DNA from: a virus | Length of the DNA: 64,000 bases | Virus record (IMG/VR): IMGVR_UViG_3300037755_000850 | Coordinates: 32,348 to 96,347 of that record | Reading direction: 5' to 3' (one strand) | Shown: positions 17,436 to 30,000 of the stretch, in pieces | How the letters are laid out: each line of letters begins with the position of its first letter | How positions within the stretch are numbered: the first letter of the stretch is position 1 | The notes under the pieces: generated by a model | Databases searched by the model: none | The model's input: the letters and a program-made list of their open reading frames with translations, nothing else | Told to the model about the DNA's origin: nothing | Position numbers and translations under genes: made by a program

Positions 17436-18799
17436 CAGCTTACATCCTGCACGGTCAGCGATGAGAATCCGTTTATTTTTATGATGGTGCAAATAAAATC
17501 ATCACCGTTCGTCGTAGTGAAAGCGTCTCCGAATACACCGGAAAATCCGGATGTAGTGATCGCACCGGCAGACGCGTTATTGGTGATCTGAACAATGATA
17601 CAACAATTATTTGTCGGCGGGGCGAGCGTGAAGGCTCCGCCATTAACAATACGTTTCATGTTGCCAGTGGTCTCAACTGGCGTATAAGTGCCAGATGATT
17701 GCGTGCCATCATTGTCCGGCGTATGGGCAAAGCCTGCCGTCAGCACGTCCGCTACATCTGCTTTCAGTGTGTCTGCGTCAAACGCCTGCGTGATCGAACC
17801 AAGGCCGCTGGCCAGGAGGATATTCGACCCTTCAATGGCAGCAACGCCAGCCGATACACGGGTTAGTGTCGTATCGGAAGCGTGGCCAATATTGAGTGCT
17901 GTGAATTGTGGGCTATCCCCTGTTCCAAGACCAAGACTTGTTCGTGCTGTTGCACCGCTCTCAGCTACCCATGCGGAACCGTTGCCAACAATGATATTGC
18001 TGTCTGTCGGGGTCAATGCGGCAATCGCCGTCAAGTCAGAGTCGAGCGGCTGAAAAGCGGCATCCGCCCCGGCAATCGAATAAAAATCCGTTCCAGCTTC
18101 CAGGTCGAGTGATGACCGCATTTGCGCAAATGTCTGTGGCACCAGCGTCTGGAAATTGGCGCTTGGCGTTAACCCGGCCCATGTGTCAAGATCAGCGTCA
18201 TAGGCTTGAATCGTTGAGCCAATATCCGAGCTGGTCAGATAATCTGCCTCAATGGCATCAATGGCGGTCCTATTTTCAGCCAGCGCTCCCTCGACATCCG
18301 TCGCAGTGATCAGCGTTCCGGCATCCTCTATGCCGATGAGAGACGCTCCAAGGGCATTGGCATTGGAGGCCAGATCTTCAAAATTGGCGAGACTGAAATC
18401 GGTTCCCGCATCATCGGTAAACATAGCCAGATTGGGCGTGGCGGTCTGCACCCAGAACTGGCCGCTGCCTGGAACATCGGCTTCGGCGGCAGCTTTCTCG
18501 GTCAGGAACAATCCGGCAAAATCTGGATTATCGGTTGTCCCGACACCAAGGGTGGTTCTGGCGGCTCCTTGCGTGGTGTCATCCAGAACACTCTGCATGA
18601 AGGCGGGTACGACCACTTCAGCAGATAGATTGGCATTTGCCGAGGTGACATAATAGGTCGCATCCGATGGCGCGGAATCGGTGGAGACCTCTTCGATCGC
18701 CCGCTGCACATCGGTCGATTCAATATTGTCGGTTGGCGAAAAACGGGTATGATGGGCCTGACGTTTATGAACGCCGATTTCAGTTTTGACAGTGGTCAT
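17435..18799 (-). CDS. Tail fibre protein
   Basis: ARTTLG, QAYDADL, QPLDSDLTAIAAL and ESGATARTSLGLG fibre repeats. Confidence 0.8.
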   Translation of the reverse strand: MTTVKTEIGVHKRQAHHTRFSPTDNIESTDVQRAIEEVSTDSAPSDATYYVTSANANLSAEVVVPAFMQSVLDDTTQGAARTTLGVGTTDNPDFAGLFLTEKAAAEADVPGSGQFWVQTATPNLAMFTDDAGTDFSLANFEDLASNANALGASLIGIEDAGTLITATDVEGALAENRTAIDAIEADYLTSSDIGSTIQAYDADLDTWAGLTPSANFQTLVPQTFAQMRSSLDLEAGTDFYSIAGADAAFQPLDSDLTAIAALTPTDSNIIVGNGSAWVAESGATARTSLGLGTGDSPQFTALNIGHASDTTLTRVSAGVAAIEGSNILLASGLGSITQAFDADTLKADVADVLTAGFAHTPDNDGTQSSGTYTPVETTGNMKRIVNGGAFTLAPPTNNCCIIVQITNNASAGAITTSGFSGVFGDAFTTTNGDDFICTIIKINGFSSLTVQDVS

Positions 18800-18875
18800 C
18801 GTTTTGCTCTATAATACCCAAGAATATGCGAATTTCCGCGCGTAGTGTGGAGAATGTGAGAGCCACTAGCGTCGC

Positions 18876-20072
18876 CTACTCATAGAAGATGTTCACTTGG
18901 CCGCCGTCGAAGGTATCGCTACCAGTGCGGGTCAGTCGAACGCGATCAAGCTCCGCGCTCAGCGCCTTGCGTCCAGCGCCGTAGCCTGGTGCCTCGGAAA
19001 GGCGATCAATGACGTGGCTTGATACCCAAGTGTTTCCGGTAACGCGGGAAATAACGAGTATGCCAGTAGCCGGGATAGAGGAATTGATGACAAAACCCGC
19101 CGTAGACGTTGTTTCTCCGCTCCTTAGCCCGCCTACAGACACATATCCGGATGATTCTATGCCGCCGCTATCGCCTATCTGAACAAGCGGTAGATTCGTC
19201 CCGCTCAGCGAGACCTGATCCAGCATCACTGTTATTCGGTTCACCCCCGCCGGGATGCCGGTGAAATCAAACTCTGTTCCTGAGGTTGTCGCCTGCACTG
19301 TCTCAGAGACAAGCGTCTGCGCCGCTATCGCCTGAGCCACCCGCTGCGCCGTCCAGGCCCGTGTTGTCGTTCCCGTGCCTGCTTCTGCTTCGGATTGATC
19401 CACTGTAGCGAGCCCGAGATTGGTTCTGGCATCAGCAGCGCTTGACGCCCCAGTGCCGCCATCTGTCACGGGAACATCCGTACCGCCTACGCGGTAAAGC
19501 GCATTACCTTCGATCTCGATATCAGTATCGGAAACAGTTATGGTACGGGTGTTTCCGGTTGTGATATCAGAAACCTCGAAGGCCAGCTCCTTGGTGGCAT
19601 CACCATTGTCCTGAACGCGAAACACATTATCGGCAAATTCTGTGGTTGTGGTAGAGTAGAAATTCCGAGCATACCAGCAATCATCGCCGCTATCATAGGT
19701 GAACTCATAGACACCGCCAGAATTCATCACCCCCGAGACAATGGCAGTTGAGGTATGCGAGCGGATAGCCTTTGCACCAAGACTGTCAACATTCAAGGTC
19801 GGGCTTGCACCATTGGCTGTGTGCATCCTGGCAACAATGACAATGCCATCGGCCAAAGATGTATAGGTCTGGTTCGAGGCGACAGTATAGGCTGTGGAAG
19901 AGCCCCCGGTATTGACTTGGCCGGAAATGTCATCACGGTATTTTGCCACCGCCGCCATCATCGCGCGTGCAGAATTGTTCACGGTTGAGGGCGCTTGGCC
20001 CTCTCTCCAGTTTACGGTTGCGTCTGCCGTATTATTACTGCTGGCGGTTGTACTCCACGTGAACATTGTCAT
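18876..20072 (-). CDS. Tail fibre protein (with N-terminal anchor)
   Basis: WSTTASSN...EGQAPSTVNNSARAMMA anchor; DGGTGAS..ADARTNLGL repeat. Confidence 0.8.
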   Translation of the reverse strand: MTMFTWSTTASSNNTADATVNWREGQAPSTVNNSARAMMAAVAKYRDDISGQVNTGGSSTAYTVASNQTYTSLADGIVIVARMHTANGASPTLNVDSLGAKAIRSHTSTAIVSGVMNSGGVYEFTYDSGDDCWYARNFYSTTTTEFADNVFRVQDNGDATKELAFEVSDITTGNTRTITVSDTDIEIEGNALYRVGGTDVPVTDGGTGASSAADARTNLGLATVDQSEAEAGTGTTTRAWTAQRVAQAIAAQTLVSETVQATTSGTEFDFTGIPAGVNRITVMLDQVSLSGTNLPLVQIGDSGGIESSGYVSVGGLRSGETTSTAGFVINSSIPATGILVISRVTGNTWVSSHVIDRLSEAPGYGAGRKALSAELDRVRLTRTGSDTFDGGQVNIFYE

Positions 20073-20079
20073 AGCAGGA

Positions 20080-20982
20080 CTACCCCATCATCCGAGGGCG
20101 GAAGATCCCCAGTTTGCCGGTCTGCTGGAGCATCTGGCCGAGGCGCTGCATATCGACGGGACGCTGCTGCATCTGCATGCCGCCTTCATCCCCGCCTTGC
20201 GCATTCTGCATGGCTTGGGCAGCAAGTGAACTGTCAGCCCCTGATTGCTGCCCACTAGATTGTGCATCCTGACCGCCAGGGGCGAAATTGCTGAGCGAGC
20301 CGAACAGATTCTGCATGTCGGTGCCAGGATTGGCGGCGCTGGCCATTTTGGGGACTGCGGACCCGGCAACACCGGGGCCTGCGGCAGCGGCTGGTCCGCC
20401 ACCACCAAACAGCTTGGCAAGCATTGCGATATCGAACATGGGTTTGCCTTTTGCGTTCTGTGAAGGTTGGGATTGTGGTTTTGGGTTCTGGCCATCCGGG
20501 CGCAGGAAAGCATGGCTGTCATCGCGCATGACGACGCCTTGATACGATCCGGTTTCGGGATTATAATTGGTCCAGTTCGCGCCGCGTGGACCCCAATTCT
20601 TGTATTTGCTCGGCTCTTTGGCCTCCAAGGCCAACATGGTCTTTTCTGGAGCCAGAAAATGGGTTGCGCCTTGCACCCAATCGCCGATCTCGCCCTTGCC
20701 GCGCCGCTCGGCAATGCCGGTCAGATGCTGGAAGGCCGGGGAGTTGACGATCTGGGGCAGGCGGGCGCGCTGGGTGTCTTCGATGGTGGGCTGGTAGCGT
20801 TTTCCGGAAACCGAGGCCGTCAGATCATGGCCATCAGCCTCGGCGCGATTATAAATCGCCCCGAGTACATTCACCGCCCCTTGTGCGTCACCTGAATTGG
20901 CCTCCATCAGCGCCATTGCCGCAGCCTTCTGCGCTGGCGTGAGAGAGAGCCACAGGCGATCGCGATCCGCCCAATAGGCCAT
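20080..20982 (-). CDS. Cell-wall hydrolase-like virion protein with low-complexity tail
   Basis: EA...V...I.NR...GATHF motif (SleB-like); Gln/Gly/Ala-rich C-terminus. Confidence 0.5.
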   Translation of the reverse strand: MAYWADRDRLWLSLTPAQKAAAMALMEANSGDAQGAVNVLGAIYNRAEADGHDLTASVSGKRYQPTIEDTQRARLPQIVNSPAFQHLTGIAERRGKGEIGDWVQGATHFLAPEKTMLALEAKEPSKYKNWGPRGANWTNYNPETGSYQGVVMRDDSHAFLRPDGQNPKPQSQPSQNAKGKPMFDIAMLAKLFGGGGPAAAAGPGVAGSAVPKMASAANPGTDMQNLFGSLSNFAPGGQDAQSSGQQSGADSSLAAQAMQNAQGGDEGGMQMQQRPVDMQRLGQMLQQTGKLGIFRPRMMG

Positions 20983-21025
20983 CGGCCTTGCCCCGTCTAA
21001 CCAAAATACCTCTTGACACTAGAAA

Positions 21026-24000
21026 CTATAAAGTGATTCGCGCGTCGTTCTTAGAGAATTCTTTGAACGATATTGGTTTTTTACCGGATTTCTGTGATCT
21101 TTTAAGATAATCCGTGTATAGTTCCGTCATCGGTTTTGAATTCGTATCTGTGAAACCTTCAACAGAAGAACCACCATCTGCTGACCCCAGCGCAAATTGC
21201 GGCATAATCTCTTCCAGACCTTCTTCCCGCAAGGCACGGTTGAGTTCTTGCCGCATGTCGGCTTCCATGAAGGGAACAGAGGCGTATAATCCCGGATTGC
21301 CATCGGCGCGCGGATCGAATGTATCAAAGGCAGAGCGCACCCGTGCGGCATCCCAGAGGAACAGGCTGTCATTGCCGACATCTTCATAATCGTTCTTGTA
21401 GATCAGACTGTCATAACCGTGGGATTCCAGGATATTGACAAGCGCCTGACGGAATGTCTGCTGTTCATCGAAACCAGCGCCAACAAGGGCTTTTTCGGTC
21501 ATGACGGCAACCATCATGTCATCGATGGCGCGGAACACAGGGTAGTTTTTCGGACCAATATCCGGGATCTGACCTGCCATAATTTCCTGGATCGCTCCGC
21601 GCCACATCGGCATCGAGCCCCAGGCGTTGAGATCGGGAACGCGTAAGGGATTGCGGGCCTTGACCAGCAGGGGAAGATTGCGGATATTCTTGCGGTTATC
21701 CCAAAAAGCATTCGACAGGAATCTGGCGAGCTTGCCAATCATGCCCGGTTTTTCCAGCGTGAGCTGATTGTCCACATCGTGGAATGAGAACCCGGCTCGT
21801 TCATTGGCAGCATTAGGTGTATTGATGGCGACATGGAAACCGAAATCGCGGCCCTTGATATTCGGGTTCGGGACCAGAAAATCCGAAGGCGTTGCATGCC
21901 AGGCTGGAAGCGTGAAGCCTTGCAGTTTTGCCCGCTTTAATGGCGCGTCGGCTTTCCACCAGTTTCCGAGATAGGTCCGGATCGCCGATTGCCTGAGCCT
22001 GTCATCAATGGGGCCGCGTCCGAGCGATTCTCCGATGAGGGAAGATCGACCAAAGTCTTCGCGTGTTGGAGTAATTCGATCCGCTGGGCTGAGCCCTTGG
22101 GGTGCTCCAGCGCCCGCTTGAGCAGCGCCCGGCTGGCCAGGATCAGATCGTGCCGGTTGAGTCGCATTGGTGATTTCCCTTAGCCGTTTTACAATCGTGT
22201 CTGGTACATGGTAATCTGGTTCTGGAACAGAAAGCGTTCTGGCTTGGTTCGGCGTGCCGCGCGAGAAATCCCCCCGGAACATGGCATCGAGAATATGTTT
22301 GACCGGTGCGATTTCTTGCGGGGTAAAGACGCCATGTTCATAGAGTTCGACCATGTGAGCGATCTGCTCCTGATCGATGAACTCTTGATAAAATCTTGTA
22401 TTGGCTTTATATAGATCATGATAGGAATCGTAGATTGAGACCTCGTGATCTTTGGAATTTGTATCGGTTATTCCAGTGGCCTCAAGATACGAACCCAAAG
22501 AATGATCCATAACTCGGAGTTTTTCAGCATGGTCAAGAAGACGGAGCCAGATCGCCTCGGGGATACGATTTTTAGTCCTGAGAGCGTGGACAGCCTCATG
22601 CCGTATTACGCCCCGGAGATATTGCGAGCTGCCGCCATCCGGGGTAAGGTTGACAAAGAAAATCCCCGACGTGGCAGGCCGATTTTGCATTTCCGGAAGG
22701 ATCGCGTGGAACGCCGATGATCGTATGTAGTGCGGCGGAAGCCGCAAGGTGAACCGCTTGCCGTCCTCGGTCTTGAAATCAAACAGGATCTTTTCCGGTT
22801 TCGCCTGATTGGGCTCGTCTTGATCAGGGTAAATTCCACTGATATTGGCGACGATATACTCGCTTGGCACCATGTCTTGCGCCGGGCGGATGGCATCGAA
22901 GACCGGCTTGGCTGACTCGATTGGAACCGGAGCCGCCAATCCATTTCTGACGAGCAGAAGCATGTCCTGCGTCAGTCGCGAACGCGCCCCCTTCTTCTCG
23001 CCCCCGATCGCGGCGAGGATATTGGGATCGTCTGGATCAAAGCCACCGGCATTGAAGACGGATTTGATCTGTTCTGGCTTGAAGACGATATAATGGGTGG
23101 CCCCTTGAATACCCTGCATGGTCGGGAATTTTTCATCCACCGTATGATCGATGATGCCATCATAGCCAATCATCTCATAGGCGCGGCGGATCGGCTCCAT
23201 GGTGGACAGTTGGCCAGATTCCGGATCTTCGCCATAGATCAGGAAATCGCTGTTGGAGGCGACATTATAAATCTGCTCAGCCGTTAATCCTTCATTGATG
23301 AAGACATCATCCATCAGATCCGCGATGAAGGCTTCGACATCGATGTTGTTGTAATCCGGCGCAACTTGGCGCAGGGCTTCGAAGAACTCATCAAGCTTGC
23401 CAGAGGGTTCGCCATACTCATAGTCATCAGTTTCCTCATCATAGATCTCGCCAGCCTGGTATGGGAGGAAAGTTGATTCAATTCCCGAATACGGATCGCT
23501 GATCACCACCGGATTTTGAATACTGAGGTAAACCGGCAGGTTCATGCCCTCATGGACATAACCGAGTTGCTCTCTGGCCTTGTTAAAACCATGGGGATCA
23601 TTATATTCGAGCCCGGCATCGCTGTTGAGGCGTTCGGCCAGATTTGTTATTCTTCCCTCGATATCAGGTCCAATGGCGCGGCCATAATTGGCGCTGCTAT
23701 CATCCGGGCTGTCGGTGAAGTAAAAGCCTCTGCCAAGATTTGATTCAACCTGTGTGCGTCTTGGATCAAAGGCTGGAAAATCCGCCAGCGTCGCGTGATA
23801 GAGGATTTTCGGCTCACCCATCTCATCGACTGCGGCGCTTTGTTTGAAGAACGCCTTGAATCTGGGATCATTCTTGATCGGCTGGCCTTCCCGGTCTACC
23901 GGGCGAAGGGCATAGGACAGATCCTGACCGCCACCGCGCGGATCAGGGCTTGCCCCTGAATAGCGACCGGCAAAGATATCGTCAAGAATGTCCTTGACGG

Positions 24001-27000
24001 GGGCGATTTCTTCTTGTGTCCAGGCGTCGTGACTGTATAATTCACTTAAATGAGCGACGGCTTCTTGTTCAAATACCTCTTGAAAATCAGAACGTCCGCT
24101 ATAAAATGATCTGTATTGGTCGCCGACAGAAACAGCATGCGCTCTGAAATCTTGCGTTGGGCGGCCAATTGCATCCAGATAATCAGCAAAGCTGATGTCC
24201 ATAACTTGGAGTTTTCGAGCATGGCCGACAAGAGCAGACCAGACATGATCCGGAAGACGCCCGCTGCGCCGCAGGGCGTGGATGGCCTCATGCCGTATTT
24301 CGCCGACGACACCGCGCTGGAACTCGCCCTGCGTGGTCGTGCGCAGGAAAAAGATGCCGGTCGGGAGCGCCCCATTCGGCGGCTGAAAAAACGCCCGCAG
24401 ACCGAGTAAACCATCACGGTCATATTCCATGACGTGGCTTGAGCCATCTTCGGTGGTGAAATACGCATTGACGCGTTTTCTATTGCCCTTGACAGGCTCG
24501 ATCCGGCTCAGATAGCCGACACTCAATCCGGATGGAACAATGACCCTGTGGGGCTCTATCGCGTTGAGAATGGCGTCCTTGACATTCTCACCAATGGTTA
24601 CAGACCGGCCTGCGGCCAGTAATGTATCAATGCCGCGCAGGATCTGTTCTTGCCCAATCGCCAGTGGCTGTCCTGTTCCTTCCCCTGACAGATCCTTGCG
24701 CATCTGATCGGTAATGGGCCAGTATGGTTGCTCAATGCCGGTTTCAGCGACATGGTAAGGGCTCGGCGCATCATCAGAAATTTTATCGCCTACGGCAACT
24801 CTGGCAATGGATAATTCTCCAGATGGCCTGCGCCAATAGGCTGGAATATTATCTGTGCGACGCGTAAATAGTCTAGCATGGCCGTTTAACACAGATGAGA
24901 TGTCGCCATTGAAATCAGGCGAAGCAACAGTTTCTAACGCTAGATCTATGGACCCACGGATCAAATGTCCATCATAAGCAGGATTGCCCTGATCCATGTA
25001 GTATGTTTGGTTTTTCAGCGCATTCAGCCATTTAACAAAATCATCAACGGTGTAATTCGGGCGAAGAACCTCAGCGTGACGCCGATCAGTGCCGCTGAGC
25101 ATTTTCTTCTCAGGTTTCGATCCCCATTTCTTGACATATTTATTGATAAACTTGGGAACATTCTCACCATAGAATTTCTGTGCCACCTTCTCTGGCGTAT
25201 AGGTGGCTTCACGGATCTGGGCTGGTGTTGTCAGGGCAACGCCGTCAAAACCCTTTTCGACCGCACGTTGAAGTGCAGCCTTGAACCCAAGTTCCCACCA
25301 TGCTGTGCCGGTATAGGGGGCCTCAGGGGCTCCATCAAAGCGGGCGAAGGTGCTGATGTAGGTCGAGGCCGCCTCGCGATTGGCAATAATCCGTGCGTTG
25401 ACCTCGCTCACCTTGGCTTCCGCCTCGCGCGCCTCATTGATAATCGTCTGCACCAGTGGGTGGTCCTGTCTTTGCTCGCTCAACTGATGCAATTCCTCGC
25501 GAACCTTGTACAGTTGCTGCGCTGCCTGCTCCAGGGCTTGGCCTAATTCTGGCGTCACCCCACCATCTTCATGGACTTTCTTGGCCCGCTCCAGCCCTTG
25601 CTTGCCAAAGCCAAAGGCGCGTGCGCGCTGATGCAGATCCGATTGGATCTCATGGATGAACAGAACTTTTTCGCCATTGAGGCCAGTTCTGACATCATAA
25701 CGGATATGGACGACTTCCTGATCCTGATAGTGGTGCGATGAATATTTGCCCTCCAGCATCGGCAGGCGGACCAGCATTTCCTGATAGTGACGGCCACCCT
25801 TGATGCGGTATTGCTTGTAACGGGTCTGATCGGAGAAATAATCACCGCTGCGCCTTACACCATCGCCATATTCGTCTTCGAAGTCTCGCTCTGCCTGCTG
25901 ATGAGCTTGGTCATATTCATAGGCGAAATCCTGCTCATAGATATCTTGCCTTGCAGCCTCTAACTCTTCATCATAAGCATCACGAATGGCTTCAAGTCTG
26001 GCGTTGGCGGCTTCCTGTGCGGCTTGGCGGGTCGGGAATACGTCACCATTCTCAAGCTCTTCATCCTCGCGATCATAAGGATGCTCCAGATTGACTACCC
26101 AGCCGAGATTGCCGTTGCGCCAGTCTTCAAGCGTATCTTCGGTCAGCACTCTTTCGGCTATTGTTTCAAAACGTGGTTCAACGGGTCTTGGTGATGCCAG
26201 GCCAGGAAGCGGAATTTGCCCAAAAACTTCGCCGCTCGCTGCCCACGCGTCCAAAGCGCGTCTGTACAAATCCATCGCATCGCTGTAACGACGCTCGACT
26301 TCTAACAGTTCTTGTTCAGCATCGCTGATTGTGCCGGTGAAATCTTCAAACTGAATTTCGACATCGTAATCAGAAGGATCGTTGCGCTGTTCCCACGTGC
26401 CGATTTGTTCTTGTATGGCTTCACTTTCTAGTTCATTCTGAATTTCCTGAGCACGCTCAGAAATCCACTCATCCCGCTCTTCCTCGTCCATGACGTCAGC
26501 GGGTTCATCATCGTCATCGACCCGTTCGTCTTCCGGAATATCGTCAGGATCGCGTTCCGAGAGCAGGATGCGCTGTTCGATTTCATATTGATGGGCGCGC
26601 AGGAAATCGATAACATCGCTCTTGGCAATGGTCTTTTCGGATTTGGGCTGGTTGGAGCCGGGGCGATCAACCATCATCGAGGCTTGCTCATCAAGCCAGT
26701 CCATTACCCCAAGCCAGCGCACCTCTTCCTGTCTGACGCCGGGGCCGGTCAGAACCTTTTTCCACTGTTCCGGGGTTGCCTTGTCCTGTTTGGCGGTCTC
26801 GACGGCACGGATCGCCGGGGAATAAAACCCACGCAGGGCAAAGACGAGATTGGCCAGATCATCATTGATTTTGTCAAGTTCGGCTTGGGCATCTGAATAG
26901 ACAGCATCAGCCTCGCTCAGACGTTGCTGGGCAAGCTGTAATTGCCGCCTTGTCTGAAAATCGTTCGGATTGGCTTCAAGCTTTTGCTCAAGGTCAATCA

Positions 27001-30000
27001 CCTGCTTTTCAAGATCAACCTTTTCATGGAAGGCTTGACGCGTTCGATCGCCTGCTTCTGAGCGTTTTTCAAACAGTCCCGATTGCACTCTGGCATCATG
27101 CTGTTTATCATAGAGATCGTTCAGTTCTCTTTCAACTTCGGGCAGGCGTTCATTCAAGGCATCAATTTGAGATGCCAGATCATTATAGGCCGCCTCTTCT
27201 TCCGGGGTCAGATCATTGGCTTTGCCACCGATGAGATCCTTGATTTCACCTTGGAGCGTGTCGATCTGGTTGAAAATATCATTTTGCTGGCGTTGCAATA
27301 CCGCCATCCGCCCGGCATTCCCCGTGATTGGAAACGCGGTAATGGCAAAGAGCGGATCAATGCCTTCCTTGGTCTCAGGGGCCATCAGGAAATTGGCGGC
27401 GAGCAAGCCTTGGGACAGGACCTCATCGGAAATGGGTTCTTTGAACCCGGCATCAACCATGGCGCGGCGCAGAGCCTCCATGGTGCGCTGTCCTGATTGA
27501 GTGATGGCCGAGACCGCCGCTAATGCCGCATCCGGTCCCGGCCCTACCCCCTCTGGAGAGACTTGCGCAAAGTTCCCGAGCCAATCTTGCAGGATCTCGC
27601 CGCCGATTCGCAAGGCATCAATTGCAGCCTGTGGATTATTTTCCAGCGCATAGGTTGGGACGCTGGCAAGCGGACTATCCTGATCGGCAACCCGGCCTTC
27701 GGCCCAAGTCCATTCCGGCATCAACCCAGATTTCTGATCACCGAATACGGTGTCTTCAAGGCTGGCGGTGCGGTTGTTTTCGCCGTAAGGGCCAAAATTG
27801 AGCCAGCTATTCTGACCTCTGGTCTCCGAGGTCATTGCCCCTTGTGCCAGACCGGTATAGAGTCGGATATGGGCCTGCCAAGCGTTTTCTTCGCCTTGCG
27901 CGCGGAACCCTGCGCCCTCCATTGAGTGCCCGAACACATCATGCACGGCGCGGAACAGGTCATTGACCAGCACCCGCTTCATGGGACCATCAGGGGCTCC
28001 ATAGGGCCACTGAATACCGCTATCGACCAGCAGCGGTGAGGTGCTGGTGTCAACATCGGTTGCCCCTGAACCAAATCCGGCTTCGGTGGCAAACACCGCC
28101 ATCGACTGATTTTGTCTCAGATCACGAATGGCATTCCAAGGATTGCCCGCATACGGATCATTACCCTCATCATAGAACCAGAATTTGTAGCCATCGGCTT
28201 TAAGGGCTTTATACTGGTCAACGGTCTGTTCGATCATCGCCTGATAGGCCGCCGCAACTTTCGGGTCATTCGGCGCATGCGGCATCTGATCATAGGCGGT
28301 GGCGATCCGAGCGGCTAACTCTGGATTTATTTTCGCGTATTCGGCCTGACGCTTGAGCGGGATACCGTGGTCGCGGGCGTAGCGCTCGGCGACGGCGACA
28401 ACCCTTGGGTCTGGGCCGGTTGCGTCCTCGACTGTCGGCGCACCCTTAAGCGGCGCAAGGCTTCCGCCCTGATCCCGTCCTGCTCGGTCTCTGGCGCGTT
28501 TGGATCGTCTTTCATCTTGACCTCCTGGTCCTAAAGCAAACAGCGGCTGGCCTTCTTCCTTGACCTTCTGGCGTACCTTGTCGGTGATCGGGAAGAAGAT
28601 GAAATCCTGTTTGACAATCCGGGCATCATTGTCCGACAAAGCATTATAGGGATAATCCTCAAATGTCTTGCCTTCGGCTTGCATTCTTTGTAGAATGTCA
28701 GTCTGCTGAGCAATCTTGTGTGGTAACAGTTTCACCCGTTCCGGCTTGACGCTCTTGTCATATTTCTGCAAGATTTTCGCCAGCGCACGGGGATAGATCT
28801 TGTCATAGGTGGCGCGCATGCCCTCGCCGCCGATTTCGAGATCTCCGACATCAAACACATCACTGTGCGGGGTTCCCATCGCCAGATCGGCAGGCTCCCG
28901 CCCAATCACCTCAGAAAGAGAATGTCCTACAAGTTCCGACGTGCTGGAATGAACAATTGTTCCCTCAGAGTTGACACCGATCGTTGTCGTTGGCCTGCCT
29001 GTTTTTTTCAGCCTTATAAGTCTGTCGTCGGAAGAAAACTGCACTTCGACTTCCATCTCATCGGCAACAGCGATAAGACCGGGATAGCGCTTGTTCTGCA
29101 CATCCCCCGGCGTAATCGTCACCCCATCAACACCGGCATCAACGGCGTCTTTTACAAATTTACGTAATGTTGTCGCCAGCCATTGATCTGTGGTGCGGAC
29201 AAGGGGATGGGCTGGGGTGGCGGCGTTGGCTGTGGCAAGTTCAGCCACAATCCGCATTCTCGTATTGAAGGCAGCGGCTATTTTGTCGGCATGCTTGTCC
29301 GCAAATTCGCCAAATTCTTCGTTGGCTGTTTCCTGCCCAGCTCTGAACAGCCAATCCCCTGTTGCCTTCGGGCTAAGCCCGAATTCCCCTGCCTCAATGC
29401 GGTCAATATAGTTCGGCGATGGTCCTGGGAAGAAATTCAACAGTCGGTTATTATCATCGACATCCCCGTTGGGGTCCATGATATGGTCGCGATATCGCCT
29501 GTCTCCCTCTATGGAAAGCTCACGAAGCTGTTTGTCGGTTTCCTCAAGTTGCTTTTTCAGCTCAGCAATCTTGGCCTCATCCCGTGCCCCGCCTTCACGG
29601 ATCTTCTGACCCCAGTCAGACTGGAATTCATCACCATTCAGAACCGTGCGGCCATCAACTGTCTGAAGCTGCTGGGTGCGGTAATGGGAGACGACATTGG
29701 GTTCCTCGAAATGGCCTTGGCGGAACGCAGGCTGCATGGGTTCAAGGCGATTGAACCTGTCGCCCTTTTCGAAGACGCGGCGCGCATAATCGATCCAGTA
29801 GGAATCTGGCTTCCCTGCGCTGTCTTCGGCACCATCAAGCAAGACCTTGCCATCGTAGGAAATCGTGGCACTTCCTTGCGTGGTAGACTGGCGACGGCGT
29901 TCGATCTTGACCTTGGCGGGATCAAATTGTGGGGCCGATTCCGGAATCGGAAGATGCACCACATTTTCCCGATAAGTCGGGTTGCCTGGATCGAGAGACC

